A DNA stretch of 64,000 nucleotides, from the NCBI RefSeq assembly GCF_030684315.1, contig NC_081358.1, positions 102,258,756 to 102,322,755 on the forward strand. Reading direction: 5' to 3'. The translations under genes and the position numbers were made by a program. Positions 1 through 13,400 of the stretch are shown here, in pieces (the first letter of the stretch is position 1; every line of letters starts with the position of its first letter). The notes under the pieces were generated by a model. It was not told the DNA's origin. It searched no databases and saw nothing but the letters and a program-made list of their open reading frames with translations. The stretch comes from Stegostoma tigrinum. Lineage: Eukaryota.

Positions 1-640
1 TGTCATTGAGTGTTAAAAGGAAATATTTCAATACTTTTCTGCTGAAAATGGTCATTGCCTGCAACTTGTATTCCTTAAATGTTGCTTGCCACTTGTCAGC
101 CCAAGCCTGAATATTTTCTTGTTCTTGCTGCATTTGGACAATGACTGCTTCAGTATCTAAGGAGCCATGAATGATACTGAACATTGTGTAATCATCGGCA
201 AACATCTCTTATGATGGAAGCAAGATCATTGATGAAGCAGCTGAAAATAGTTGGACACTACTCTGAGGAACTCCTGCAGAGATATCCCAGTACTGAGACA
301 AATAGCCTGCAATAACTCGAACCATCTTCCTTCGTGTAACTACAACCAGTGAAAAGTTCACACAGCACACCTCGATTCTGGCTTCAGTTTTCTAGAGCTC
401 CTTGATGCCAAACTCAATCAAATGCTGCCTGGATGTCAGGGGCAGTCAGGCTACCTCACCTCTTTGGTTTGGCACAAGGATGTAATGATATCACGAGCAG
501 AGAGTGTTGGTGAGCAAGTGCTACTTGACAACATTGTCAATGACACCTTCCTGCTGAGAATCAAAATGATCTTTAAGGAGCAGTAGCTGGCTGGATTAGA
601 TTTGTCCTGCTTTCTGAGGACAGGACATACCAGGTTGGTG
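1..640 (-). mobile_element. Decayed CR1/L2-group LINE RT fragment (called family B here; its 3' tail is shared with the tRNA SINEs)
   Basis: Homologous by eye to 12300-13400 and 52385-53640 (gccacttgtcagcccaagcctg..., atcattgatgaagcagctgaa). No intact ORF. Confidence 0.7.
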
Positions 641-2299
641 CTTGGCCAGTCTTTGAAACAAGGACATTACTATGAGGTATCCTAACCACCACCTCACTCT
701 TCCTGTTTTGGCACAAGACCTCACCTAATAGTAAGCAGGATTTGTAGCGTCATCTATTGCAGAGTCCCTGGTTAAATTGCTTTTGAAAAACTTTTTATTT
801 CCTTATAAAACTGAGAGTTCATGTTGTGACTACCAGAAAAGATGGTGAACTCCCTCCCAAAGAGAATCATCATCATGAAACTGCCTTAATAAAAGAGTAA
901 AATGAAGTGGCCATATATTTTTGGATAAAAGATGTTGGATACTGTATCATCTTTGATGATAGGAGTTTTAAAAGGCACCACTTTCTCCATCACAAACAGG
1001 TCAGAAGTTGAGACTTGAAGGAAGGGCCTAAACTCAGATTCAGATCAGACCTGAAACCAGAAATCCTGGTTTGTAAATGTGCAGTTTTCCTATGGTGTGG
1101 CTAGTTACACTCAATGCTGTTTTAAAATGTGATGTTTTAAAATAGCATGTGAAACCATGATTTATTTTCACTTCTTACATTTTCACACTCCTCACCCCAA
1201 GTCATGCCAAAAGATGGACAAAAGAATGAAAAAAAGCAACACTTAGAAATGAATGTACTGGTAATTCATTGTGAGGTATACAAGATACTTGGACCAGTAT
1301 TTGTAATTCACTAGTCATACTGGTTTTCCTTCTGGTAGCACTGCCACAGCCACTCGCGTCCAGGGCCAAATCTCAAAAAGCCATTAGCCCTGTGCAAGCC
1401 GTCTTCTGCCTTTTGATATTCAAGAATACACATAGAGTTCTTAAATGATTTGAGTCAAAACTGGAGTTGAAACTGCATTTATGACCTCCTGCTGCTCTCT
1501 ACAGAGCTCTCCTGTGTTCAGAAGAAGGAATTGCTGAGCAGGGCCATTTTTAAGACATTGATTATAACAACTTCAGTTTGGTATTTCCACATTGTCAGGA
1601 TTGACGCTTTCATAACACTATTGCTTCAGACTAGAGCTAAATCTGTACCTTGATGAGGAATAAGGACATCAGTCTGTGAGACTGTCAGGTCTAGTAGGTC
1701 CAGTGAGAGGCAAAGGCTCCAAGTCAAACCTGCAGAAGCAAGACAGAGCAAGAGAGGTCATAAAACAGAGAGTCAGCGGCAGCAACTGGGTGAGTTAAGG
1801 AGTTCAACAGACCACACATCAGAGACTCATCAATTGCAAGAGTTATTGAGTGTGAGAGACCCAAGTTGGAGGGTTGACAGCAAGAAGCCTGGTCAAAAAA
1901 CAGGACTGATTGCAAGTCAGAGGGTGAGAAAGAGGTGGGTTCAGCAGTGACCAGGAGAATTTGAGAAAGGAACGTATGGCTAATGGGGTGATTAAGAAAC
2001 AGGAGTGGTGCTAACTAGGATTGGCAGCAAGCAGTGAGTAAGTGGAAGATACTATATTTCTTTTATATTTTTAACTTTATTTTGTTTTTGAAGTTATTTC
2101 ATTTACCAAAATGGGCATTTAGATTTTCCAGTCAGACTGACAATGAAGTGCATTTATTATCACACAGGACCCTTTTCTTTGCAGAGTGAACAAACATGTA
2201 CACAAACTGAACTTGCTTCAATTCAACAAAATATGACAAAGCTATTCTTTGGTTCATTTCTCAGGACAACCCTTCACTAGTCTGAGTGAGTAAAATTTA

Positions 2300-2500
2300 A
2301 ATAAAGCTTGTTAATTGGCAATCATCATCTAACTGGTGTATTCACCACAGCACAGCTTCAGCCAATCAGAGACCATCTGACAACAAATCAGCACTCTTTT
2401 CTCAGACAGAAATTGTTATTTTCCCTTTATAATGTTATTCTTGTGAATTCTCCTGATGAGTATAACACAGAAAGCTTTGGTAAATGTATCTTTTCATTAG
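2300..2500 (+). mobile_element. Short PLE-type terminal element with a second-family minimal hammerhead motif
   Basis: ctgatga-gtataacaca-gaaagctt at 2453-2477, preceded by a ccaatcag/caaatcag pair. Confidence 0.5.
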
Positions 2501-3074
2501 TACGCAAGCTATCCTGTTGAAATTTAAGTCCTGTCAAATTTTGTTCTGCAGTACTGCTATGAAGAGCCTTGGCAATTCAAAAGTAAATCCATGACAATTT
2601 TTTTTTTGTTATCAATGATAACAAACCTATTAGCCTTCATTGACAAAACGCCAATTTAACACAACAACCCTATTTTTCCCAAAACATTCCTTTACTCCTA
2701 AATTTTTCAAAACATTAACCCTCTTAAGCAGCAGTGAATCACCACCGTATTATCACATCTGAATTCTGCAAGTGTCTTGAGAACCAAAAATCTGCTTAGG
2801 TGAGAGAAGAAAGCAATATGAAGAAACTAATATATAAGAGGTCGTTTTGAATGATGTTTACACATTAAGCCTCACTTCCTACATGTGTAAAAATATCACC
2901 ACACTATTTAACACATCGATCTTAAGGAGGAATACATTCTCAGCTTTAGCACAATCACACAGGTTTTCTTCAAGTCTTTTGTTTAGATTTTCGAAGGAGC
3001 AAAATCAGCTTGAAAATAAATGATGGATGTCCACATGTATTTGCTTTTTATTGACAGGCACCAAAACTATAGTA

Positions 3075-4050
3075 GGAACAAATTACTGCAGATGCTGGAA
3101 TCTATACTGAAAACAAAAACTGCCGGAGATCACAGAGGGTCAGGCAGCATCCCTGGAGACAGAACAAGTGAAAGTTTCGTGTCTAGATGACTCTTCATCA
3201 GAGCTGAAGTGAGGACTGGAGGGGACAACATTTATGCTGTAGTTGGGAGTGGGAGGTGTACTAAGATAGTGAGTCAAGGGTGCTGATGGACAAAAGGTGT
3301 TGATAGTTGACATTAAGTGACTGGAATGTAAGAATTACAGAAAAATTTCTTGTCTCTTGCCAGACGTAAAAGGATAGACAGTCCCCACTGGGATGGGCAG
3401 GAGAGGAGAGAAGGCATGATAATGAACAAAAGAAAGGGAAGAAATAGGAGCTGGTTTACAATTTAAAGATGTTGTAAAGTACCTAATATGAAGTTGAGAT
3501 GTTGTTCCTCCAGTGTGTGCTGTGATTCAGGGGCACACTGCAGCGTGCTGAGGGCAGACATATGAGCATTCGAGCAGTTGTGTTTTTCTTATTCATTCAC
3601 GGGATGAGGCCATTGCTGACCAGGCAGTATTTGTTGCTCTTGCCTAACTGTTCAGAGTGCAGTTGAAATTCAACCACATTGCTGTGGGTCTGGAGGCATG
3701 ATTCGGCCAGACCAGATATGGATGGCAGTTTTCTTCCCTTCCTTAAAATGACCAGCTGTAGGAAGGGAAGGAAACTGCTTACACACAGACTGGAAGTGTT
3801 CTGCAAAGCGGTCTCCCAGTCTGCATTTAGTTCCTCCAATATACAATAGGCTACACTGGGTGCAGTGAATACAATACACAAGATTGGAGGAGGTAGAGGT
3901 GAAATGCTGCTTCACCTGGAAAGAATATTTAGGTCCATGGATGGTGAGCAGGGAGGAGGTGAAGGGGCAGGTATTTCACCTTCTGCAGTTACACGGGAAG
4001 CTTGCTGTCTCTCCAAGGATACTGTCTGATCTCCAACATTTATTGTTTTT
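3075..4050 (-). mobile_element. Penelope-like (Neptune-type) 3' fragment with a decayed GIY-YIG domain and an inverted terminal piece
   Basis: ORF 3670-3915(-) reads HFTSTSSNLVYCIHCTQCSLLYIGGTKCRLGDRFAEH. Hammerhead motif at 3171-3201(-). + oriented terminal piece at about 3999-4050. Degenerate TSD ggcaccaaaactat (3057-3070) / ggctccaagcctat (4051-4064). Confidence 0.85.
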
Positions 4051-4659
4051 GGCTCCAAGCCTATGTTTGGATTAAAAAAAATCACCTGCAACCTACCATT
4101 ATTTCAAGAAGTTTTCACCTCATTTGGCCTTATTTGCATTTGCTAAATTGTAATATGAACTGAAAAAACTTGCATTTCTACGATAATTTTTTACCTTTTC
4201 AAGACAGTTCAAATTGCTTCGAAGGGCAGTTTTTCTTTTATTCCAATCAAATCACTGCTGTAATGAATGAAGATCTACTAGTCAGTTTGAACATAACCCG
4301 AGAACCGAAGGTACAACCTGTCAAAATGGTGTTGGTAGTGTTCATTGAAACAAAGAGGATTGTTGGCCAGATGTTAGGGGTACTCTATTATTTTTCACCA
4401 GTTGATTGGATGTTGCTACCAAAGTCCAAAATTTATTGAGGTTCATGATCCATTAGAATGAAATCACTCCCACGTTAATGGCAGGCAGTTCCATGATTTT
4501 TATACAGTGACAGTAAAGGAATGGAAGTATATTTCAAACTAGCATTCTGTGTGATTGGTGGAAAAAATACAGCATTCCCAAGCTGCTCCTCTTGTTTTGT
4601 CCATCTCGAGACGGCAGCAATACAGAGTCATTCGCTTGTACGTGCCGTAAAGAAACTTT

Positions 4660-5130
4660 GGCAATTAGCTACAGAGCATCATATAGATTGTACAAATTAC
4701 AGCCACTGGTTGATGTTGCAGGAACCAAGTGCCAAGATGGTAGATGGAGTATCAGTTAAGCAGTTCTTTGGAGCAACAGATGAAGAACATCCCATCACTT
4801 TCCTGATTTGTGCTTTCAGATAGTGGAAAAGCAGTGGGAAAATCAGAAAGTGTACCATGCTGCAGAATACACAAATTCTGATCTGCCTTCGAGGCTATAG
4901 TATTTCAGTGGTTGGCCCTGTTAAAATACATAGCTTTAAATTTTTGATCAATGGTAAATCTCTTGGAAGTTGATTTTTTGGGATTCATTTATGGTCATGC
5001 AATTAAATGATACGGGAAAGTGGTTAGACACTCCTTGATTAGAAATGGTCATTAGCTAGTATATGTGTCACAAATGTTACACAACACATGCTGGATATCA
5101 GTTCCAGCTTGAATGCTGCTTGAAAGGAGA
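4660..5130 (-). mobile_element. Decayed LINE fragment (family B)
   Basis: Similar to 12450-12800 and 52800-53160. Confidence 0.55.
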
Positions 5131-5559
5131 GCAGTACCTGTTCATGAAAGAGTCTTCTTTTTGTACAATCTGCTTGCAGCCTTCCAGCCCTGCTCACTGT
5201 CTTAAACCCAAGCCCATTCACTTACACTGCTAGTATCCTTTCCCTTTCAGCAGTACATCACAAGTGGATCTGGGACTTTGAGCAAAAACTCCCTCCTGCA
5301 ATCCCTACCCCTCCTCCCCTTCTAAACTTGAGATTCTTCTCAATAGGGAATAAGGTGTGAGGCTTGGACTTCTGTTTCTCAACAACACCATCGCCTCCCC
5401 CTTGGCCTGCAACTTCTCCAAGCCCAGAATTCTCCTTTTCAGCACAAAATTTCCCAAGTCTGCTGAGTTTCTCCAGTGCGTGCTGTTTGTGTTTCAAATT
5501 TCCAACACCCAATTCTTTGTTTTTAATCAATCTACTCAATCTTTCCTCATAACAAAGTC

Positions 5560-6560
5560 TGTTCATGCTCAAGATCAACACAGTGAACCATATCAAGACT
5601 GCTACAAATACCAGCATATTTTTTACATAAAGGGACCAAAAACTGTCACATCATTGTATTTTGTTCGCCAGTTCCAATCCCCAAGGCTCTCCACTAGTTA
5701 CAGGTTGCCACCTTGAAAATACACCTTTCATTCCAATTCCCTGTCTTCAAATTATTAGCCAATCTTCTATCCATGCTAATCATATCAAATCTTATCAAAT
5801 ATTCTATAGAAATCCAAATAGGTTACATTGCTTCATTCTCCATTATCTATCTTGCTTGTAGCCTCCTCAAGGAATCCTAATAAATTTGTCAGACATGATT
5901 TCCCTTCTTGAAGTCATACTGACTCTGCTTGACTATGTGGTGCATTTCTAAATGCTCTGCTATTAATTAGAATAGTCTGTAACATTCCCCCAATGACAGA
6001 TGTTAAGCTAACTGGCATATTTTTACTTGTTTATCGTCTCTCTCCCATTTGGAATAAGGTATTACATTGGCAGTTTGCCAGTGCTCAGACACATTTCCAG
6101 AATCTTAAGGATTCTTGGATGTTTCCTATAGTACATCCATTATCTCAGTAGTTATTTCCTTTAGTGTCATATGATGCACCCCATCAGTCCAAATGACTTC
6201 GCAATCTTTAGCTCTATCAGTTTCCCTAGTAATTTTTTTTTCTCCAGCAATAGTTATTTTATTTGTTTCTTCCTTACCCAAAATCCCTGATTTATTTTTA
6301 GAATGCTGTTGCCGTCTTTTACCAAGAAAACTGAAGTAAAGTATTTATTGAACTCTTCTGCCATTTTCTGGTTCACCATATTACTTCCCCAGTTTCTTTC
6401 TTTAAGGGGTCTATGCTCACTTTGGCCTCTCTCCCTGATAATGTATTTGAAGAAGCGTTCGCAATCTATTTTTATATTATTTGTTGTTTACCCATGCAGT
6501 TTACTTTTGTCCTTTCTATTATTTTACTGGTCATCTTTTGTTTGTTTTCAAAGCTTTCTT
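5560..6560 (-). mobile_element. Decayed CR1/HER1-like LINE RT fragment
   Basis: Motifs such as aaatttgtcagacatgatttccc and gttaagctaactggc are reverse-complement homologs of parts of 42056-42932. Confidence 0.65.
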
Positions 6561-6589
6561 ATTTGTCTGGTCTCCTACTAGTGTTTGAT

Positions 6590-6750
6590 AAATACAGATG
6601 TGGATTATCAGTGCTAGATTTATATCCCAAGCAAATTAATTGAATTCAAATTCCACCATGTTGGAATTTGAACCCATGTTTCCAAAGGATTTGGCTGTGC
6701 TTTATGAGCTGTTAGGGCAACGTCCCTACTGCTATGTCACTACCTCCCAC
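6590..6750 (-). mobile_element. tRNA-derived SINE head
   Basis: tgaattcaaattccaccatg...gaatttgaacccatg is the reverse complement of the B-box region of 43705-44045. Confidence 0.6.
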
Positions 6751-6975
6751 TACAGGGCAGCAGTCAATGGCCTTCCATGCCTTTCTCTCTCACTGAGTCC
6801 TCCAAACAAATCTGTGAGCCCTGTTAAATTGTTGGAAAACCTGCCAGAAAAAAAAACACCCTGCTGCAAATAGAGAATTTTAATGGAACATTTCAATCCA
6901 GCAACAGTGGTTCCAGGAGCCAGGGTACCACCAATCAATGCTACAAAACAACTACCTCAGTGAAAACAAAAAGTC

Positions 6976-7101
6976 TAGAAGAAGGGTCCCGACCCAAGAC
7001 GTCAACTTTCCTGCTCCTCTGATACTGCCTGGCCTGCTGTGTTCCTCTAGCTCCATAGTGTATTATTTCTGACTCGAGCCGTCAGCAGTTCTTGCCATCT
7101 C
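6976..7101 (+). mobile_element. Solo PLE terminal piece with a degenerate hammerhead
   Basis: gaagaagggtcccgacccaagacgtcaactttcctgctcctctgatactgcctggcctgctgtgttc matches the termini at 50836-50927. Confidence 0.75.
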
Positions 7102-7301
7102 ATCCAGACGTGTTTTTTTTTAACTGACATTATTTCTTCATTTGTTTGTTACTATGCTAAGTAAACGCCTGGCACTCTGTAAATTCTTATTTCTTTACAT
7201 GTTTGGGGGCTGAGTCTATGTTTGCAATCTTTGGTGGGAAGTGGGAACTGTTTTTATATTTTCAAAATTTCATAATACTATAATCTAAATAGGTCATAGA
7301 A

Positions 7302-9014
7302 CCTCTCTCTCCTTCCTGGGCCTCTCTGTTTCCATCTCTGGCAACCACCTGGAAACCGATATCCATTTCAAGCCTACCACAGCTACCTAGAATACACCTC
7401 CTCTCACCCAGCTTCCTGCAAAAAGACCATCCCCTATTCCCAATTCCTTCGGTTCCATCACATCTGCTCCCAGGATGAGGCATTCCACTCCCGGACATCC
7501 CAGATGGCCTCATTTTTCAAGGACCACAACTTCCCCTCCACAGTGGTGGAAAATGCCCTCGGCCATGTCTCTTGCATTTCCTGCAACTGATCCCTCACAC
7601 CCCCTCCCCACAATAACAACCAAAACAGAATCCCCCTCATCCTCATATACCACCCCACCAACCTCCGGATCCAACGCATTATCCTCCGGCACTTCCGCCA
7701 TCTGCAATCTGACCCCGCTACCAAAGACATTTTTTCTTCCCCATCTTTGTCTGCTTTCCACTCTCTCCGTGACTCCCTCATCCGCTCCACCCTCCCCACC
7801 AGCCCCACCACCCCCAGCATTTTTCCCTGCAACCACAGGAAGTGCCACACATGCCCCTACCCTCCCCCCTCACCCCCATCCCAAACCCTAAGAAGATCTT
7901 CCACATCAAACGGATATTCACCTGCTAATGTGGTATACTGCATCTGCTGTTCCTGATGTGGCCCCCTCTACATCAGGGAAACCAACGGGCGGCTTGGGGA
8001 CCGCTTTGTGGAACACCTACGCTCAGCTCACAACAAACAACAGCACCTCCCAGTCGCGAACTATTTCGACTCCCCCTCCCACTCCTTGGACAACATGTCC
8101 ATCCTGGGCCTCCTGCAGTGCCACAATGATGCCACCCGAAGGTTGCAGGAACAGCAACTCATATTCCGCTTGGGAACCCTGCAGCCCAATGGCATCAATG
8201 TGGATTTCACAAGCTTCAAAATCTCCCATCCGCTGATCGCATCCCAAAACCAGCCCAGCTTGTCCCCACCTTCCTAATTTGTCCTTTCTCCCATCTATCC
8301 ACTCCTCCCACCTCAAACCCCACCCCCATCTCCTACCTACTGGTCTCATCCTGCCTACTTGACCTGTCTGTCCTCCCTGGACCGATCTATCCCCTCCCTA
8401 ACTCACCACCTACATTCACCTTTACTGGCTCCAACCCCACCTCTTTGACCTGTCTGTCTCCTCTCCATCTATCTTCTCCTTTATCCATCTTTTATCCACC
8501 TCCCCCTCTCTCCCTATTTATTTCAGAATCCCCTTCCCCTCCCCCATTTCTGAAAAAGGGTCTAGACCTGAAACTGTATCAGTGATAATAGGAACTGCAG
8601 ATGCTGGAGAATCCATGATAACAAAGTGTGGAGCTGGATGAACACAGCAGGACAAGCAGCATCTCAGGAGCACAAAAGCTGATGTTTCGGGCCTAGACCC
8701 TTCATCCTCCGGAAGGAGGAGGGTAACTTCTTCAGGTTAGGCATCCCTGGAAGAGGCTTCGCAGTGGGGTTGAAATTGTATCAGTGATAATGGGAACTGC
8801 AGATGCTGGAGAATCCAAGATAACAAAGTGTGGAGCTGGATGAACACAGCAGGCCAAGCAGCATCTCAGGAGCACAAAAGCTGATGTTTCGGGCCTAGAC
8901 CCTTCTGTTCATCCAGCTCCACACTTTGTTATCTAGACCTGAAACATCAGCTTTCCTGCTGCTCTGATGCTGCTTGGCCTGCTGTGATCATCCAGCTCTC
9001 CACCTTGTTACCTC
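7302..9014 (+). mobile_element. 5'-truncated Neptune-type PLE (RT C-terminus, Cys linker, GIY-YIG, terminal repeat); frameshifted; carries a nested insertion
   Basis: Peptides FPCNHRKCHTCP, ANVVYCICCS and EHLRSAHNKQQHLPVANYF...RRLQEQQLIFRLGTLQPNGINVDF. TSD aggtcatagaa (7291-7301) / aggttatagaa (9015-9025). Confidence 0.9.
8575..8931 (-). mobile_element. Nested PLE terminal-repeat tandem (two units, 202-nt period, plus a short inverted piece)
   Basis: Units start with tgtatcagtgataa at 8575 and 8777. Flanked by a perfect tctagacctgaaac at 8561-8574 and 8932-8945. Confidence 0.9.
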
Positions 9015-9504
9015 AGGTTATAGAATGAAATTATTTTCTATGTGTTTAAGTTAAGAATACATGCTGGTTTATTTCTTACAAGATTGCAGATGGGTAAATA
9101 CATACTGAATTAGCAATCCAGCCTCCTTTATAAAAATTCACAAATGTGGAGGTCAGATGTATAGTGTTAAAGAGGAAAATCAGTTCTACCTCTCCTGACC
9201 TGGTAATAGCAGTGCTCTGAAATCTATTATGCCTGCCTCATTTCACAGTTTAATATCGCTTCTGAAGAATTGTAACTTTGACCACACAGTTCTAAAGTCA
9301 CTGGATAAACAAAATGTACAAGGGGGTGGGACAAAGGAAGAAATAACATGAGGTAATGGTGCTCCTTTAATAAGTTGGTGCTCACTTCCTTTGATACTTT
9401 CCTTTCAAATTTGGGATTCAGATTTTAACCCAATTTTAACTAGTGACACCAAAGGATCCCTGCTTGCTTTATAAAGACATTAAATGAATCTGTGCTACTT
9501 TTTT

Positions 9505-9805
9505 AAAACTTTATTCACAAGATGCTAGCATTGCAGATTGGGTAAGCATTTATTGCCCATCCCCAATCGCCCAGATGGCATATAAAATGGCATATATTGC
9601 TGTGGATCTCGAGTCACATGTAGGCTAAATCACATAAAGTTGGCAGTTTCCATCCCTCAAGGACGTTGATTTTCTCCCAGGCTCTTAATTCCAGACTTTT
9701 ATTGGATTCAAATTCCAGCATGGCAGAATTTGAATCCAGGACCCTTGAGCATTAGTTCATTCACTGGCTTCACTAGTTCAGTGACAATACCACGAGGCCA
9801 TCACT
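9505..9805 (-). mobile_element. tRNA-derived SINE with LINE-derived tail
   Basis: agcatttattgcccatccc...gagtcacatgtagg...gaatttgaatccagg is the reverse complement of 43705-44045. Confidence 0.75.
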
Positions 9806-10284
9806 TCCAAGCCAGCAAGTGCCAGTTTGTTGTACAAGTTCACCAGGGAAGTAATGATTAACAATAGATCTACAATATTGGATCAAGGTAGGGAAAAATT
9901 TCTAAGACTGGTATCTGTTTAAATAGCATATCATTTTACTTATTTAACTAATATACCATATCTGGAATGATTCCTTTCATTTATTCTGCACAGCCAAAAG
10001 CCATCTATACTTTTGATGTATCATATTCATACTGTAGAAGTCAACTAAAATTACAGTGTTTTCTGAGAAACATCAATTTTTTTGGCATCACCTCAAGGCA
10101 CATCTGTCACTATAATGTTTTTTCACAGTTGCTGGCTGCTCGGTCTTCATGGCACTTTTGGATTTTTCCACAGTCCAAAATACAAATAATTGCACACAAT
10201 TAGGAGCAGATAATGAAATCCCAGATCATTGGTTAATCAAGGTAATTATTTATGCAGCTACCCCCAACAAGATACACCTAGAAC

Positions 10285-10530
10285 ACAAAAATAGAACTAC
10301 AGACACTGGGAATCTGAAACAAAACATAATTTTTTGGAAAAGCTCAACAAGTCGGGCAGCACCTGTGCAGAGAAAGCAAAGTTAATGTTTTGAGTTCAGT
10401 GACCCTTCTAAATGAGGGTTCCGAGTTCTGAAAAAAGGACACTGGACTTGAAATGTTGATTCATTTTTCTCTCCACCAATCTTGCCAGACCTGCTGAGTT
10501 TCTCCAGCTTTTTCTGTTTTTGTTTCATAT
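10285..10530. mobile_element. Fold-back pair of PLE termini
   Basis: Minus piece at about 10285-10409 followed by a plus piece at about 10425-10528, each with a degenerate hammerhead. tacacct on both flanks (10273, 10531). Confidence 0.75.
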
Positions 10531-11039
10531 TACACCTGGGAGCTTTTCAACAGACTGTAGTCTTCCTTTCACTTTGCTCCAAGTATGTACTACGTCATAA
10601 TGCACTGATGTGCTCACCCATGGAATTATTTCTTGTTGATAGCTCTATACTTACGGAGTGGTGAAGTTACATAGAGATTTATACATAAACATGACAAAGT
10701 CAAAGCCAACAAACAATCACATTGATTCATTAACCTAATTACTGATAGAGATGCTTAAATCCAAGTTCTCCCCGTTGGTGTGTTCCTCGTCTCAACTGGG
10801 TTGACAAAGGAGACACTGGGCATATTCAACCATTGAGAAAGACAATTACTTTCTCTTGTGGGTCTTCTCTTACTCACTTGAGATCATTTTGATGCACAAT
10901 GATGCTACATGTGTGAGTTATAAGCTTCCTGATCCAAAGAATTTGAATGGAATTGACTTTAGCACTCTGCAGCTGCAACATTCACTTCATTCACCACCAA
11001 CAGACAACGGAAGCAGATTATGCCATTTCAAATTGCATT

Positions 11040-11365
11040 GTAATAAGTCACCATGGCTCCCTCAACAGCACTTTCCAATGCTGCGGCTTGCCCCATAGGA
11101 AAGACAAAGATGGCATTCCCACCTGCAAGTTACCCTCCAGTTGACAGCCTGTCCTGGCATGGAAATATATTGCTGTTCTTCCCGTGTTGCTGAGCGAAAA
11201 TATTGAAAACTCCCTTTCCAACAGCACTGTGGTTATCTTCATAACCAAAGGATTGCAAGAATTCAAGAAAGCAGCTCATCAGCACCTTCTGCAGGACACT
11301 CAGATATAGGCCATAAATACTGGCCAAGCAGGCGATGTACAGATCCCATGAACTAATTAACAAAA
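11040..11365 (+). mobile_element. LINE family B 3' end
   Basis: caagaaagcagctcatcagcaccttct...ataaatactggcc...atcccatgaa tail. Confidence 0.7.
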
Positions 11366-12299
11366 ATAGCTGATCTCATCTGGGCTTGCATTGGGAGCAC
11401 AGATGATCTCAGAGATTCCAGGTCAGACACCTTAGTGTTCCCTTCTAGTGAAAGGAATGGTTATGAAAGTTCCCAGGGGCGAGTACTACAAAAGTTCATT
11501 TAAGTGGAGCAATAGAGTGAGGACAATTTTACACTAGGCTTTGAACTTTTTAAAACCCGTTGAAAGACGAATTTATGAAAAACCATATGGAGGTCAGCGC
11601 AATCAGAATTTATCAGAACAAACCACTGCCCTTAGGCATAAAAGAATTAGGAGAAAGAACAAGCAACGTTACAAACATAATTGTTCATTTGATGTTTCAC
11701 TTCACTCCACCTGCCAACTGACTGGTGTATTGGCCTCCCGTACTCTTCGTAAACTAACTGCAGTTTGGACTGGGTAACGCTCAACTTAGGAAAATTGGCA
11801 GCCACGTAGGGGAGTAAGGAATTCACAAACATTGAAGAGGTGCTCTGAATTCCAAGATTAAAAAAAAGAAAGGCAGACAACCCAAGTGGCTGGCAGCTCA
11901 AGCCTTCTCTCTTTTTTTCACTGTAATTCTTTCCAAGTTTCCCTCTGTAAAAATCAGCTTGCTTGAAATAATTCAGTATTTTTGTTGCAATATCTCTGAG
12001 CATTTTTAATCATCACAAAAACCATCAATTAGTTTCATTAATTTATGTAGCCACATTGTTCCTCAAGCTAATTTGTGCTGCCATTAAGTTCTCAATTGCT
12101 TTCATGTGAAGTCTTGGGTTAGTTTATTTCTTGTAAGACTCACTGTTAGTTCAGATTCACAGTTTACAAACATACTAAAGCACTGGAAAACATGCAGAAA
12201 CTGTTTTTCAAGGAATGTAACATGAACTGCAATGGTGAATTGAGTGAACCCTGAAGATTTTATGACTGGTTAGACAGGATATTTTTGGCTTCTAAGTGA

Positions 12300-13400
12300 G
12301 CCCAGAACAAAAGAATGAATGGCAATTTATTTTGCATTGTATCTTACAGATAGTACACACACTGCTGCTGCTAAACATCAGTGGTGGAGGGAGGGAATGT
12401 TTGTGGATGTGGTGCGAATTACATGTCCTGAATAGTGTAAAGGTCCTTGTCTGGTTAGTTTCACTCATCCAGGCAAATGACACATATTCCATCAAATCTT
12501 GACCTCTGCCTCATTGATGGTAGAAAGACTGCGGAATTAGGAGGTGAGGTACTCACAACAGGATTCCTAGTCTCTTACCTGCTCTTGTAGTCACAGTATT
12601 TATTTGGCTTATCCAGTTCAATGTGTGATCAGCAGTGCCACCCAGGATATTGATGGTGAGACTTTCAATGATGCTACTGCCATTATATGTTAAGGGGTGA
12701 TAGTTAGGTTGCATCCTGCTGGACGTGGACATTGCCTGGCACTTGCATGGTGTGAATGTTACTTGCCAGCTGTCACCCAAAGCCTAGATATTGTTCAGAT
12801 CTTGCCACTTTGAACATGGACAACTCCTGTATTTGAGGGGTCACAAATGGTGCTGAACACTGTGCGAACATCAGTGAACGTTCCTTCTTGCAATCTCACA
12901 AGGGAGGGAAGGTCATTGATGAAATAGCTGAAGATGGTTGGGCCAAGGACACTACCCTAAGGAACTCATGTAGAAATGTTCTGGAGCTGAGATGACTGAT
13001 CTCTGAGAACCATACTGTTGCTCCTTTTTGTAAAGTATGACTCCAACTAGTGTAGAGATTTCTCTCTGGTTCCCATTGACTCCAATTTTGCAAGAGGTCT
13101 TTGATGTCACAGCCTGTCAAAAGTGACCTTAATGTCGCCTCACCTCAGATATCATCCCTTTTTTCTATATTAGGACCAAAACCGATATCAGGCCAGGGAC
13201 TGAGTGGTCGTGGCAGAATACAAACTGAGCATTGGTGAGGAGGTTGTTGCTAAGCAAGCGCTGCTTCCTAGTGATGTTGATGATGCCTTCCATCATCTTT
13301 CTGAAGATTGGCAGTAAACTGATGGACAATAATTGGCCAGCTTCTATCTGTCCTGCTTCTTTGTAATGGATGTATGTGTGTAAATTTCTACATTGTTGGT
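12300..13400 (-). mobile_element. LINE family B RT fragment
   Basis: Frame pieces WQVTFTPCKCQAM and HTLNWISQINTVTTRAGKRLGIL. Confidence 0.8.

Noticed and set aside
7262-8349. Multiple overlapping Pro/Gly-rich ORFs (also at 58530-60378)
   Set aside because: They are alternative-frame or antisense reads of the C-rich PLE sequence
8575-8905. Repeat-spacer-repeat pattern resembling CRISPR
   Set aside because: Units of about 130 nt are PLE termini in eukaryotic DNA, and there are no cas genes
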